A stretch of DNA of 32,000 nt, taken from Wolbachia endosymbiont of Cimex lectularius. GTDB lineage: Bacteria > Pseudomonadota > Alphaproteobacteria > Rickettsiales > Anaplasmataceae. Shown piece after piece: positions 1-7,967 of the stretch. The translations under genes and the position numbers were made by a program. Each line of letters starts with the position of its first letter. The stretch's first letter is position 1. The stretch covers positions 570,001-602,000 of the forward strand of contig NZ_AP013028.1 of NCBI RefSeq assembly GCF_000829315.1, in the 5' to 3' direction. The notes beneath the pieces are model-generated. The model saw nothing but the letters and a program-made list of their open reading frames with translations, was not told the DNA's origin and did no database searches.

Positions 1-15
1 AAGCTGTGGCATGTG

Positions 16-243
16 TTAAGCAACAAACATCAATAACATTGCAAGGAGAAACGCAAGTAACCCCATAAATTCAACCATAGCAGCACCAATATAAACGTAA
101 ATTTTCATTTTACCTTCCGATTCAGGGTTTCTTGCAAGCCCACTTAACATAGTAGAAAATATATTTGCTACACCAAGACCTGCCCCGAACATGCCAAGTA
201 CGCTTAAACCAATCGCTATAAACTTTAAAGCTACTAAATCCAT
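16..243 (-). CDS. atpE: F0F1 ATP synthase subunit c
   Basis: 75-aa two-helix hydrophobic protein with the loop motif ARNPE, typical of subunit c. It lies immediately downstream of atpB on the same strand. Confidence 0.9.
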   Translation of the reverse strand: MDLVALKFIAIGLSVLGMFGAGLGVANIFSTMLSGLARNPESEGKMKIYVYIGAAMVEFMGLLAFLLAMLLMFVA

Positions 244-302
244 ATATCACCTTTAACTATTTCTTTATGTATTAATTATAAAATGTTCTAAAGAAAAGTC
301 AA

Positions 303-1028
303 TTACTTTACTGCATCTGACAAATATACGCATGTTAATATAGTAAATATATAAGCCTGTAGAATTGCAACAAACACTTCAAACCCTATTAATGTGATTA
401 TAAATAAAAACGGTATAGGGGTTAGAGTTACGTGCATATCCATAATAAACCCCGCTATCACTTTGATGATCGTATGACCCGCAATCATATTTGCTGCAAG
501 CCTTATTGATAAACTTATAGGCCTTGCCAAGTAGGCAAATAGCTTAATGAAAACCATCATGGGCGCCAGCCATGACGGAGTGCCTTCAGGCAGCAATATG
601 CGTAAAAATTTTACTCCCCTTTCTTTGAATCCAACAACCGTTGTATAAGTAAAAACTACCATCGATAAGGCAAAAGTAACTATCACATGACTTGTAACTG
701 TAAAACTATAAGGAAGAACGCCTACTAAATTACACGACAAAGTGAAAATAAATACTGTAAATATCAACGAAATGTGCTCCAAGCCTTTGCTTCCAGTGTT
801 ACTTTCTATTATTGAAATAACAAAATCGTATACACACTCAACTGCAGCCTGCAAATGTCCTGGTATTACTGATCCTTTCCTTACTCCCAAGAGCAAGAAG
901 AATATAACTGATATTACTGAAATCATCATAAAAAGAGATGAGTTGGTAAAATTTATATCATGCCCAAATAGTTTGGGTAATTCTACTATTGTATGTATCT
1001 TAAACTGTTCTAGCGGATTTAACGCCAT
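303..1028 (-). CDS. atpB: F0F1 ATP synthase subunit a
   Basis: 241-aa polytopic membrane protein with the conserved subunit-a C-terminal region ([13 protein letters not shown]). Confidence 0.9.
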   Translation of the reverse strand: MALNPLEQFKIHTIVELPKLFGHDINFTNSSLFMMISVISVIFFLLLGVRKGSVIPGHLQAAVECVYDFVISIIESNTGSKGLEHISLIFTVFIFTLSCNLVGVLPYSFTVTSHVIVTFALSMVVFTYTTVVGFKERGVKFLRILLPEGTPSWLAPMMVFIKLFAYLARPISLSIRLAANMIAGHTIIKVIAGFIMDMHVTLTPIPFLFIITLIGFEVFVAILQAYIFTILTCVYLSDAVK

Positions 1029-1109
1029 ATTTCAACCCTATAAACTTAGACTGCAACAGTAAATAAAGTATAAATTTTATAAGGTAAAGTCAAGAGTTAA
1101 GATGATATA

Positions 1110-1134
1110 GGCTCTGTAGCACAGAGCCCTTTTT
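1110..1134. terminator. GC-rich hairpin GGCTCTGT-agc-ACAGAGCC followed by CTTTTT
   Basis: Perfect 8-bp stem read directly. The T-run follows the stem only on the + strand, while both flanking genes are on the - strand, so its function (terminator, attenuator or processing site) is uncertain. Confidence 0.3.
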
Positions 1135-1136
1135 AC

Positions 1137-1490
1137 TCACTTCACTTTAAAACCGTAATTTTTAATACTATCTTTGATAGCCTGAATATCTGTTTCGATT
1201 GCAGCTTGAAACTTCACATTTATAGTAGGGTTATCACTTTCATGATCAAATTCAATTTTGTTGATAGACAAATCTTTTTGAAGGTTATCTTCAACACAGC
1301 TAGGAAATGTTAGCATTGTGTAATAAGTCATATCGTTTGGATCATGAGAACGATTATAGTCCAGCAAAGACACAGGGCCTTCCTCATTGTATCCCCATAT
1401 CCGTATAGATTCAGAACCTTCACGATGATTAAAAGAAGACTCAATGTTATATTCATTTGCTGGTAGTTCAAATGTTATTGTGTTATCCAT
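1137..1490 (-). CDS. hypothetical acidic protein, 117 aa
   Basis: Clean ORF between rsmA and atpB on the same strand. No recognisable motif. Confidence 0.45.
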   Translation of the reverse strand: MDNTITFELPANEYNIESSFNHREGSESIRIWGYNEEGPVSLLDYNRSHDPNDMTYYTMLTFPSCVEDNLQKDLSINKIEFDHESDNPTINVKFQAAIETDIQAIKDSIKNYGFKVK

Positions 1491-1626
1491 AGCATTACCT
1501 AATTAATTAAAACTGTTATTATAATGTTGGTATATTAACAAAATATTTACTAGAGTGGCCAATTATAATCAGCGCTGTATTTCAAAAATTACTAAGTTGT
1601 TTAACATCCCGATTTAACATGCTATC

Positions 1627-2433
1627 TTAACTATTGAACAATTCTTTTTGTATAACATTTGCTAGCAAACAAAATTGTTCAATAGTTAAGTTTTCTGGAC
1701 GTTCGCTACCATTTAATTTAGCGTTTTCAAGAATGGTTTCAGCATGATTTGTTATATTTTGCAAGCTATTTCTTAGCATCTTTCTTCTTTGAGCAAAAAC
1801 AGCGCGCGTTAATTTTGTCAAAGTTTCCAAATTTACTGCAAATCTTTGGGTAGGTAAAGGATTTACTGTAATTACTGAAGAATGCACTTTCGGCCTTGGA
1901 AAAAACTCTTTAGGTTCAATATCAAATTCCTTTCTTATATTGCACAGCAACTGGCTTAGCACCGATAGAGAACCGTAGTCTTTGGAATTAGGTCTTGCTA
2001 TGATGCGATCTGCTACCTCTTTCTGAAACATCAATGTCAAACTTGTAAAAAATTTTATATTGTTTAACCACTTCAAAAATAATGCTACCGAGACATTGTA
2101 AGGTAGATTAGCAATGACTTTGACTGGGCGTTCTATTAGCTTTTCTTCTATAACATGCAGTGCATCCGCTTCTACAATTCTATACCTTCCCTGATGCTCA
2201 TTTAGCAGTTGGTTATGGTATTTCACTAAGTTGCTATCTTTTTCTATAGCAAGCAGAGACTTTGGATTATGTGCCAATATTTCCCTTGTTAATGCACCAT
2301 ACCCAGGACCAATTTCAATAACGTTAAAATCTTCTAGATTACCAGCTAAAACGACTATTTTTTTCGTTATCTCACTCGATAAAATAAAATTTTGCCCTAG
2401 ACTCTTTTTTGGCTTCAATAAAAATTTTCCCAT
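1627..2433 (-). CDS. rsmA: 16S rRNA (adenine1518/1519-N6)-dimethyltransferase
   Basis: KSLGQNFL-type N-terminus, the SAM motif IEIGPGYGALT and the NLPYN motif. ATG start at 2433. Confidence 0.9.
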   Translation of the reverse strand: MGKFLLKPKKSLGQNFILSSEITKKIVVLAGNLEDFNVIEIGPGYGALTREILAHNPKSLLAIEKDSNLVKYHNQLLNEHQGRYRIVEADALHVIEEKLIERPVKVIANLPYNVSVALFLKWLNNIKFFTSLTLMFQKEVADRIIARPNSKDYGSLSVLSQLLCNIRKEFDIEPKEFFPRPKVHSSVITVNPLPTQRFAVNLETLTKLTRAVFAQRRKMLRNSLQNITNHAETILENAKLNGSERPENLTIEQFCLLANVIQKELFNS

Positions 2434-2474
2434 ATTATTGTATTATGCAGTATTTTGATAATTTTAAAAATTAG

Positions 2475-2503
2475 TTGACGAAAATTCATTGATAATTGTA
2501 TAT
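2475..2503 (+). promoter_or_regulatory. candidate sigma70-type promoter for tRNA-Thr/tpiA
   Basis: TTGACG (2475-2480), 17-nt spacer, GTATAT (2498-2503), 16 nt upstream of the tRNA 5' end. Confidence 0.3.
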
Positions 2504-2519
2504 TGTTAACGTATTTAAC

Positions 2520-2592
2520 GCCGGCTTAGCTCAATTGGTAGAGCAGCTGACTTGTAATCAGTAGGTTGTCAGTTCAAGTCCGACAGCCGGCA
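2520..2592 (+). tRNA. tRNA-Thr (anticodon UGU)
   Basis: Folded by hand. The 7-bp acceptor stem GCCGGCT/AGCCGGC is present, with a GCTC/GAGC D-arm. The anticodon stem GCTGA/TCAGT carries the loop CTTGTAA, and the T-loop is TTCAAGT. There is one mismatch in the T-stem. Confidence 0.9.
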
Positions 2593-2618
2593 CTCTCACC
2601 TAATATAGTAAAAAGCTG

Positions 2619-3320
2619 ATGTCCTTTTTAATAGTAGCAAATTGGAAGATGAATGGAACACGATCTTCGTTCGTTGACTTTATAGGCAAGCTTAACGGCA
2701 AGAGCAATGAAATTACCTCTAAGCTCGTGATTTGTCCACCTTTTACATCATTTCCAGATAACATAAAGCTAAGCAACAGTATTAGTATAGGAGCACAGAA
2801 CTGCCATCATAAAAAATCTGGTTCTTATACAGGTGAAATTAGCGCAGAAATGCTGAAAGAATTAGGATGCACTTACGTAATACTTGGGCATTCTGAAAGA
2901 ACCGACGAAACAGATAGTGAAATAAAGCTTAAATCAGAAACAGCAATAGAGTTGGGCTTACACCCAATAATTTGTGTAGGTGAAAATGTAGAAGATTACA
3001 AGAGTGGAAAAACAAAGGAAGCAATAGAATATCAATGCAAAAACCGCTTGCCAACGCATGGTGAATATACTGTAGCATACGAACCGATATGGGCAATGGG
3101 TACAGGACATGTGCCAAGCAATAATGTAATTGCTGAGGTGATAGAAGTGGTAAAATCCTGCACTGGTAAAAAGCACGTTATATATGGTGGTTCAGTCAGT
3201 TCAGAAAATATAGAAAACTTGTTGAATATATCAAGTTTATCAGGAGTTTTAATTGGTAGTGCAAGCTTAGATTTTGACTGCTTTTATAAAATTGTACAAC
3301 AGGTTGAAAAGGCCTATTAG
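2619..3320 (+). CDS. tpiA: triosephosphate isomerase
   Basis: N-terminal ANWKMNG, the catalytic GHSERT region and the [10 protein letters not shown] motif. Confidence 0.9.
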   Translation: MSFLIVANWKMNGTRSSFVDFIGKLNGKSNEITSKLVICPPFTSFPDNIKLSNSISIGAQNCHHKKSGSYTGEISAEMLKELGCTYVILGHSERTDETDSEIKLKSETAIELGLHPIICVGENVEDYKSGKTKEAIEYQCKNRLPTHGEYTVAYEPIWAMGTGHVPSNNVIAEVIEVVKSCTGKKHVIYGGSVSSENIENLLNISSLSGVLIGSASLDFDCFYKIVQQVEKAY

Positions 3321-3423
3321 TTCTGAAATCAGCAATTAAGCGACCTCGCATTGTACCCGTTTAGCGGAGTAGTAGAATGAGATAGACAAGATGCCCTAAA
3401 AGTACCCTTTACGGTTGCTTAAC

Positions 3424-3810
3424 ACCAATTTTCACTACACAGGAAGTGAATAGACAACAGTGGAAAAAAGTTATAACGTCATCCAATAGAGACGAAAAAA
3501 CTACTTGACAAATTCCAACAATTTCATTATTATAGTAGCAAGGGTATTTCTGACTCAAAACTTGTTTTTGATCTGCAGGCTCAATGACAAAATTCAGTAA
3601 AAAACTCAGGGTATTTTTTGGCGGATTGTATCAAATTATAGCGGCTGCATGTCTTTTTCATTTTTTCTACATTCAGCCAAATTGCGCTTGAACTAAGCGT
3701 CAGCAAATTATTATAGCGCCAATTTAAAGTATTATAGAGTCAAAACTCGCCACTCGGAATTTCTTTGTCTTTTTTTTGCTTGGTAAATTTCTTAAATATT
3801 TATTATCAAA
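3424..3810 (+). repeat. promoter-leader repeat module, copy A
   Basis: Collinear with 12130-12650, and from the promoter onward with 20195-20680. It has a shared upstream block (CACTACACAGRAAG..AGACAACAGT), the promoter core AAAAAACTACTTGACA, and a terminal subunit ending GGTAAATTTCTTAAATATTTAT. Confidence 0.75.
3505..3533 (+). promoter_or_regulatory. sigma70-like promoter TTGACA-N17-TATTAT (module copy A)
   Basis: Read directly, with an A-tract immediately upstream. It is oriented toward the terminase remnant. Confidence 0.5.
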
Positions 3811-3821
3811 GTAGTATTCCG

Positions 3822-3915
3822 AGTCCCAGTGTCAAGCACTGGAATGACAGGAGGGGGCCACTTTTATGACACCATCATAAAGGAACCAGTGTCCGCTACT
3901 TGGATAACAGGAGGC
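3822..3915. repeat. palindromic repeat elements (CCCAGTG..CACTGG/ATGACA family)
   Basis: Contains CCCAGTGTCAAGCACTGGAATGACA and CCAGTGTCCGCTACTTGGATAACA. The same family occurs at 5752-6082, 8696-8905, 12680-12706 and 23305-23692. Confidence 0.75.
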
Positions 3916-3918
3916 TAA

Positions 3919-4538
3919 TATGAAAACATAAACTTTCTAAAATTCATTGAGTTATGCTTTAAAATGGTGATGCCGGGATGTGAGTATAACGACTATCAAT
4001 ATATGAAAATCATAGCAGACAGGCTGGAAGCGACAAGTGCCAGTGAAGTGAGGCGCATAATATTCAATATGCCGCCGCGCTCGATGAAGTCCATGTGCGT
4101 CAGTGTTGCATGGCCCGCGTGGATACTGGGAAATCAACCAACTGCGAGAATAATAGTTGCAAGCTATTCTCAGCGGCTGAGCGAAAAGCACTCACTCGAC
4201 ACAAGGTGTATAATGCAGTCTGGTTGGTATAAGGAGCTATTTCCGGAGGTAGAACTATCCAAAGAGCAAAACACCAAATACAAATTTCAAACAGTGCAGA
4301 GAGGATACAGAATTGCAACATCTGTTGGTGGAACATTAACCGGTGAAGGCGGTGATTTCATTATCGTGGATGATCCACTGAGTTCAGTCCAAGCTTTGAG
4401 TGAAACGCTTAGAAAGCGTGCTACAAACTGGTTCGACCAGACTTTAGTAAGCAGGCTCAACAATAGAAAAAAAGGAGTTATTGTCCTTGTGATGTACAGG
4501 CTACATCAAGAGGACTTAACCGGACACCTTCTCTCTAA
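3919..4538 (+). pseudogene. phage terminase large subunit, ATPase-domain fragment, cut by IS insertion
   Basis: Walker-A-like PPRSMKS, Walker-B-like GGDFIIVDDP and the coupling-type motif YRLHQEDLTGHLL. The frame is open only from 3919, so there is no proper N-terminus. The frame is interrupted at 4538 by the IS. After the IS nest only about 23 more codons remain before a stop. Confidence 0.7.
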
Positions 4539-5398
4539 GAACCTGTTTAAAATCTTGGAAATGTGAGGTAAAGTAAGCATAGATTAATAATGAGGTGTCT
4601 ATGCAGAAAAGTTATCCAAGTAATATAAGTCAAGAGCAGTTTGAAAAAATCAGGCCAATTTTGGAGAGTAGCAAGCAGAAAACAAAACCAAGAAAACTTG
4701 ATTTGTATGATGTATTTTGTGGGGTGTTGTACGTCTTAAAAAGTGGTTGTCAGTGGAGGATGTTACCAAAGGGTTTTCCAAGATGGGAAAGCGTATATTA
4801 CTATTTTCGAGTGTGGAGTAAAAAGAATGGAGAAGAGCCAAGCTTGTTGGAATTAGTCTTAAAAAAAATTAGTTGGAGAGGTCCGTATCAGCAATGGTCG
4901 GAAAGAGAAAACTAGCTTTTGTATAATTGATTCTCAAAGCGTTAAAAACGCAGATACTGCTGAAAAAAAAGGCTATGATGCAGGTAAAAAGATTTCAGGG
5001 ATAAAGCGCCATATTGCAGTTGATACACAAGGTTTGCCACATGCAATTTATGTAACAACGGCAGAAGCAACTGACCGTAGCAGTGCTGTGAAAATGGTCG
5101 AAAATGCTAAAGCAAACCTCTCTGAAGTTAAAAACATACTGGTTGATGCTGGCTACACAGGAGAAAATTTTGCAACACAAATAAAAGCTATCATTGGTGC
5201 GACTGTTGAAGTAATAAAGCGAAGTGAGTTACACACTTTCGTCGTATTGCCAAAAAGATGGGTTGTTGAACGCTCTTTTGCCTGGTTAGAAAAGTGCAGG
5301 CGATTGTGGAAAAATTGCGAGCGGAAGCTCAACACTAGCTTACAGATGATAGTCCTCTCCTTCATTTCTCTCCTGTTACGAAGATTTTAAACAGGTTC
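4539..5398 (+). mobile_element. IS5-family insertion sequence, full copy 1 (860 bp)
   Basis: Terminal inverted repeats GAACCTGTTTAAAATCTT / AAGATTTTAAACAGGTTC, flanked by TAA at 4536-4538 and 5399-5401. Near-identical to the copies at 13022-13882 and 14357-15216. Confidence 0.9.
4601..5390 (+). CDS. IS5-family DDE transposase, orfA + orfB joined by a +1 shift in the A8 run at 4861-4868
   Basis: orfA (4601-4915) has the CQWRMLPKGFP motif typical of the IS4/IS5 N-terminal domain. The orfB frame opens exactly in the A8 run and reads LVGEVRISNGRKEKTSFCIIDSQSVKNADTAEKKGYDAGKKISGIKRHIAVD... through to 5390. Confidence 0.8.
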
Positions 5399-5401
5399 TA
5401 A

Positions 5402-5722
5402 GACTAATTCCAACAAGCTTGGCTCTTCTCCATTCTTTTTACTCCACACTCGAAAATAGTAATATACGCTTTCCCATCTTGGAAAACCCTTTGGTAACAT
5501 CCTCCACTGACAACCACTTTTTAAGACGTACAACACCCCACAAAATACGTCATACAAATCAAGTTTTCTTGGTTTTGTTTTCTGCTTGCTACTCTCCAAA
5601 ATTGGCCTGATTTTTTCAAACTGCTCTTGACTTATATTACTTGGATAACTTTTCTGCATAGACACCTCATTATTAATCTATGCTTACTTTACCTCACATT
5701 TCCAAGATTTTAAACAGGTTCT
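5402..5722 (-). mobile_element. truncated IS copy (left end plus 5' part of orfA only), inverted relative to copy 1
   Basis: Reverse complement of IS positions 1 to about 321, ending exactly at the GTCTTA that precedes the A8 run. The outer inverted repeat ends at 5722 and is followed by TAA. Confidence 0.85.
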
Positions 5723-5751
5723 AAGATTAATCTCTACCAGGAAGGATGTTA

Positions 5752-6082
5752 TGCCAGTGCCCAGACACTAGTATCCAGAAATTTTACCAAGTAGGTGAGC
5801 ATAAAAGTAGCTGTTTTATGTTAAAATATGACGTTTTGATGATTATGGAAAGGATGGATCCCAGTGCCGGAGCACTGGGATGACACCATCTGTTACGCAA
5901 ATTACCTGCTAATTGCAATGTTCGTACAGTTGTGTGTCAAGCACTGGAATGACAAGAAAAGGCTACTTGGATGACAAGAAGAGGATGCGCTGGAATGACA
6001 TCATAGGGATTAGGATGACAGGAAAAGGAGGCACTGGGACGATAGGAGGAGGGATGCATAACAGGAGGAGGGGTTACTTGGT
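5752..6082. repeat. cluster of palindromic elements plus a tandem ~22-bp half-palindrome array (5935-6082)
   Basis: Contains GGATCCCAGTGCCGGAGCACTGGGATGACACC. This is followed by repeated units of the form RCTGGRATGACA + purine-rich tail, about 7 units. Confidence 0.75.
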
Positions 6083-6451
6083 GTATTTTTGTATCAGAAA
6101 ACACCCTATTAGCAGAATTGTGAGTGGAATAACCCATAAAACATAAGTACTAGATTTTACAGGCGGAACAATTATAATTGAATCTCCATAAGAATTTTTT
6201 AGCTCTGAGATTATTTGCTCGTTAGTATGTCCATCACTGATCTTTTTACGAATCGTCTTGCGCATATCGTGTGCAATCTTAGATTCGGATTCAGATAATG
6301 ACTCACCAGAACATATTGGACACTTTATTATTTCAAATAAATTAGTTGCTCGCTTTTCAATACTTTTGTCTATGAGTTTATCATCCAAAGTAAAAGCGTT
6401 TATGCTTAAGTGGAATGTCAATGTAAAAAGTAAGCTAACTACCGCTTTCAT
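6074..6451 (-). CDS. ccmH: cytochrome c-type biogenesis protein CcmH
   Basis: Signal peptide, the CPxC motif (CPICSGESL) and a C-terminal transmembrane segment. Size is typical. Confidence 0.8.
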   Translation of the reverse strand: MKAVVSLLFTLTFHLSINAFTLDDKLIDKSIEKRATNLFEIIKCPICSGESLSESESKIAHDMRKTIRKKISDGHTNEQIISELKNSYGDSIIIVPPVKSSTYVLWVIPLTILLIGCFLIQKYTK

Positions 6452-7493
6452 TCTTGGTTAGCTCAATGACTTTACTTAGTTGGTTCATAAAATCAGTGGT
6501 AGATAACTTTCCAATAAAACTTGACCCTACATCATCGTCGTATTTTATTGAAAATTGAATGCTGTCGTCAGTTGTTTTTTCTGATAAGGAAGATATTAAC
6601 TTTTCAAATGCATCTGAAGCTTTTAAGTGATTTTTCTCACCAGTTAAAAGCGGGATCAATTCCTTGTAATTTGACACAGCCACGTTGATTTTATTTTTAA
6701 ATGAAGATGTAACCAGATTGTAATTGTTTATTCCACCGTCTGCAGTAAGAGAAAAATTATTACTCTGAACTAAAAATTTTTCTATGTTGAAATTAATTCT
6801 GGAAGCTGAAATGTGGTTTACAAATTCATAATTAAATTTAGTGTCGATATTAAGATAACTTTCGGGACTTGCAGTATTTTTATACCGGTAAGTATAAAAA
6901 TCAAATCCTAGCTTAACATTTCCATTCAGTTCTTTGTTGAGGTGAATTTGAATGTAATTACTTTTATCGTTCACTTCAGTTATAACACTCTGCTGATTTT
7001 CTGAATCAGCTGCAACATCACATCTCAGTCCATGATCTTCGTAACGAAGTGTGTCTATATAGTCTATCATGGTGCCATTTCTGTCAAACCTTAGCGAAGA
7101 TGGTAAATCGTTTAGTTTTACAACAAAGTGATTGTTATTGTTTGTGTGACATTTTATATTCTTTGTTTCATCGCCATGAATGGTGATATTGATTTCATTG
7201 CTTGGTATGTAGATATATACTGATTTATCGAATAATTTATTTTTTATCACTAAAGTTTCTGATGAGATAGTTAATTGCTCACTGGAGAACTTCGGGTTTG
7301 TTACGTGGAAGATTAGACTAGAAGGGAATCCGCTAAAATCATGTGAAATATCAAATTTTTCGTCGTTAATGTATAGTATTGTTTCCGCTAAAAGATTTTT
7401 TATTTTACATGCAGAAAAATACCAAAACCCACTATAAGCTGCGGGGATAAATAAAAGTAAAGAGATGATAATATAGATAAAAACCTTACGCAC
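6435..7493 (-). CDS. hypothetical N-terminally membrane-anchored protein, 352 aa (possibly DUF2125-like)
   Basis: GTG start, a single N-terminal transmembrane segment and a long Asn/Ser-rich soluble part. The family assignment is from memory only. Confidence 0.5.
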   Translation of the reverse strand: MRKVFIYIIISLLLFIPAAYSGFWYFSACKIKNLLAETILYINDEKFDISHDFSGFPSSLIFHVTNPKFSSEQLTISSETLVIKNKLFDKSVYIYIPSNEINITIHGDETKNIKCHTNNNNHFVVKLNDLPSSLRFDRNGTMIDYIDTLRYEDHGLRCDVAADSENQQSVITEVNDKSNYIQIHLNKELNGNVKLGFDFYTYRYKNTASPESYLNIDTKFNYEFVNHISASRINFNIEKFLVQSNNFSLTADGGINNYNLVTSSFKNKINVAVSNYKELIPLLTGEKNHLKASDAFEKLISSLSEKTTDDSIQFSIKYDDDVGSSFIGKLSTTDFMNQLSKVIELTKNESGS

Positions 7494-7495
7494 AG

Positions 7496-7855
7496 CTAAT
7501 CATTCCCTTGTTTATCAAGCGATATGTTTCTTGTTCCCCTTGGTATGGTTAGACACAAGCCATCAATATCTTTTGTAATTTTTATTTGGCACCCAAGCCT
7601 TGATGTCTCTGTCAAGCCAAAAGCTAGATCTAACATATCATTTTCCTCATCAGATATAGGATTATACATTTCTACAGCATCGTAAAATTTCGGATCAACG
7701 ATTACATGGCATGTAGAGCAGGCAAGAGAACCTTCACATGCGCCTTCAAGCAAGTCTGGGTCGTTTCTGTGAGCTAAGTTAAGCAGAGTCTCTCCCTCTG
7801 CAGCTTCATAACTTTTCTTACTTCCATCAGGTAAAATAAAAGTGACGGATGGCAT
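7496..7855 (-). CDS. fdx: adrenodoxin-type 2Fe-2S ferredoxin
   Basis: Cysteine pattern CEGSLACSTCHV ... C in a 119-aa protein. Confidence 0.85.
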   Translation of the reverse strand: MPSVTFILPDGSKKSYEAAEGETLLNLAHRNDPDLLEGACEGSLACSTCHVIVDPKFYDAVEMYNPISDEENDMLDLAFGLTETSRLGCQIKITKDIDGLCLTIPRGTRNISLDKQGND

Positions 7856-7967
7856 ATTACTTTCCTATTAAAACCCTTACTAACTTTTCTATATTCTACA
7901 GGTAATAATTAACATTTGCAAATTCTTTACGTTAAGCCTATTATATAACATCTTCCGAAAACAAGTA

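Noticed and set aside
742-1062. 106-aa ORF antisense to atpB. Similar antisense ORFs occur inside recJ (16317-16589, 16948-17424, 17755-17937), tpiA, fumC, atpD, pstC, murD and the terminase fragment (3952-4191, 4100-4336).
   Set aside because: They are fully embedded antisense to well-supported genes, with no independent signals.
3921-3932. Mini-ORF ATGAAAACATAA preceded by GGAGG, just upstream of the terminase remnant.
   Set aside because: It has only three codons. The GGAGG is part of the purine-rich tail of a palindromic repeat unit.
4650-5365. Conserved 63-, 61- and 70-aa antisense ORFs that recur in every IS copy.
   Set aside because: Their conservation merely reflects near-identity of the IS copies. 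They are antisense to the transposase frames.
5727-5739. A 13-nt identity (TTAATCTCTACCA) between the sequence right of the IS nest and the 23S upstream region (30807-30819).
   Set aside because: A match of this length is expected by chance several times in 32 kb of AT-rich DNA, and there is no extended similarity around it.
5935-6082. Possible CRISPR-like array because of regularly spaced short repeats.
   Set aside because: The units are contiguous and degenerate with no unique spacers. They belong to the palindromic-element family scattered through the window. No cas genes are present.
5913-6146. 77-aa and 66-aa ORFs in the repeat cluster next to ccmH.
   Set aside because: They translate tandem repeat units and overlap ccmH. 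No start context is present.
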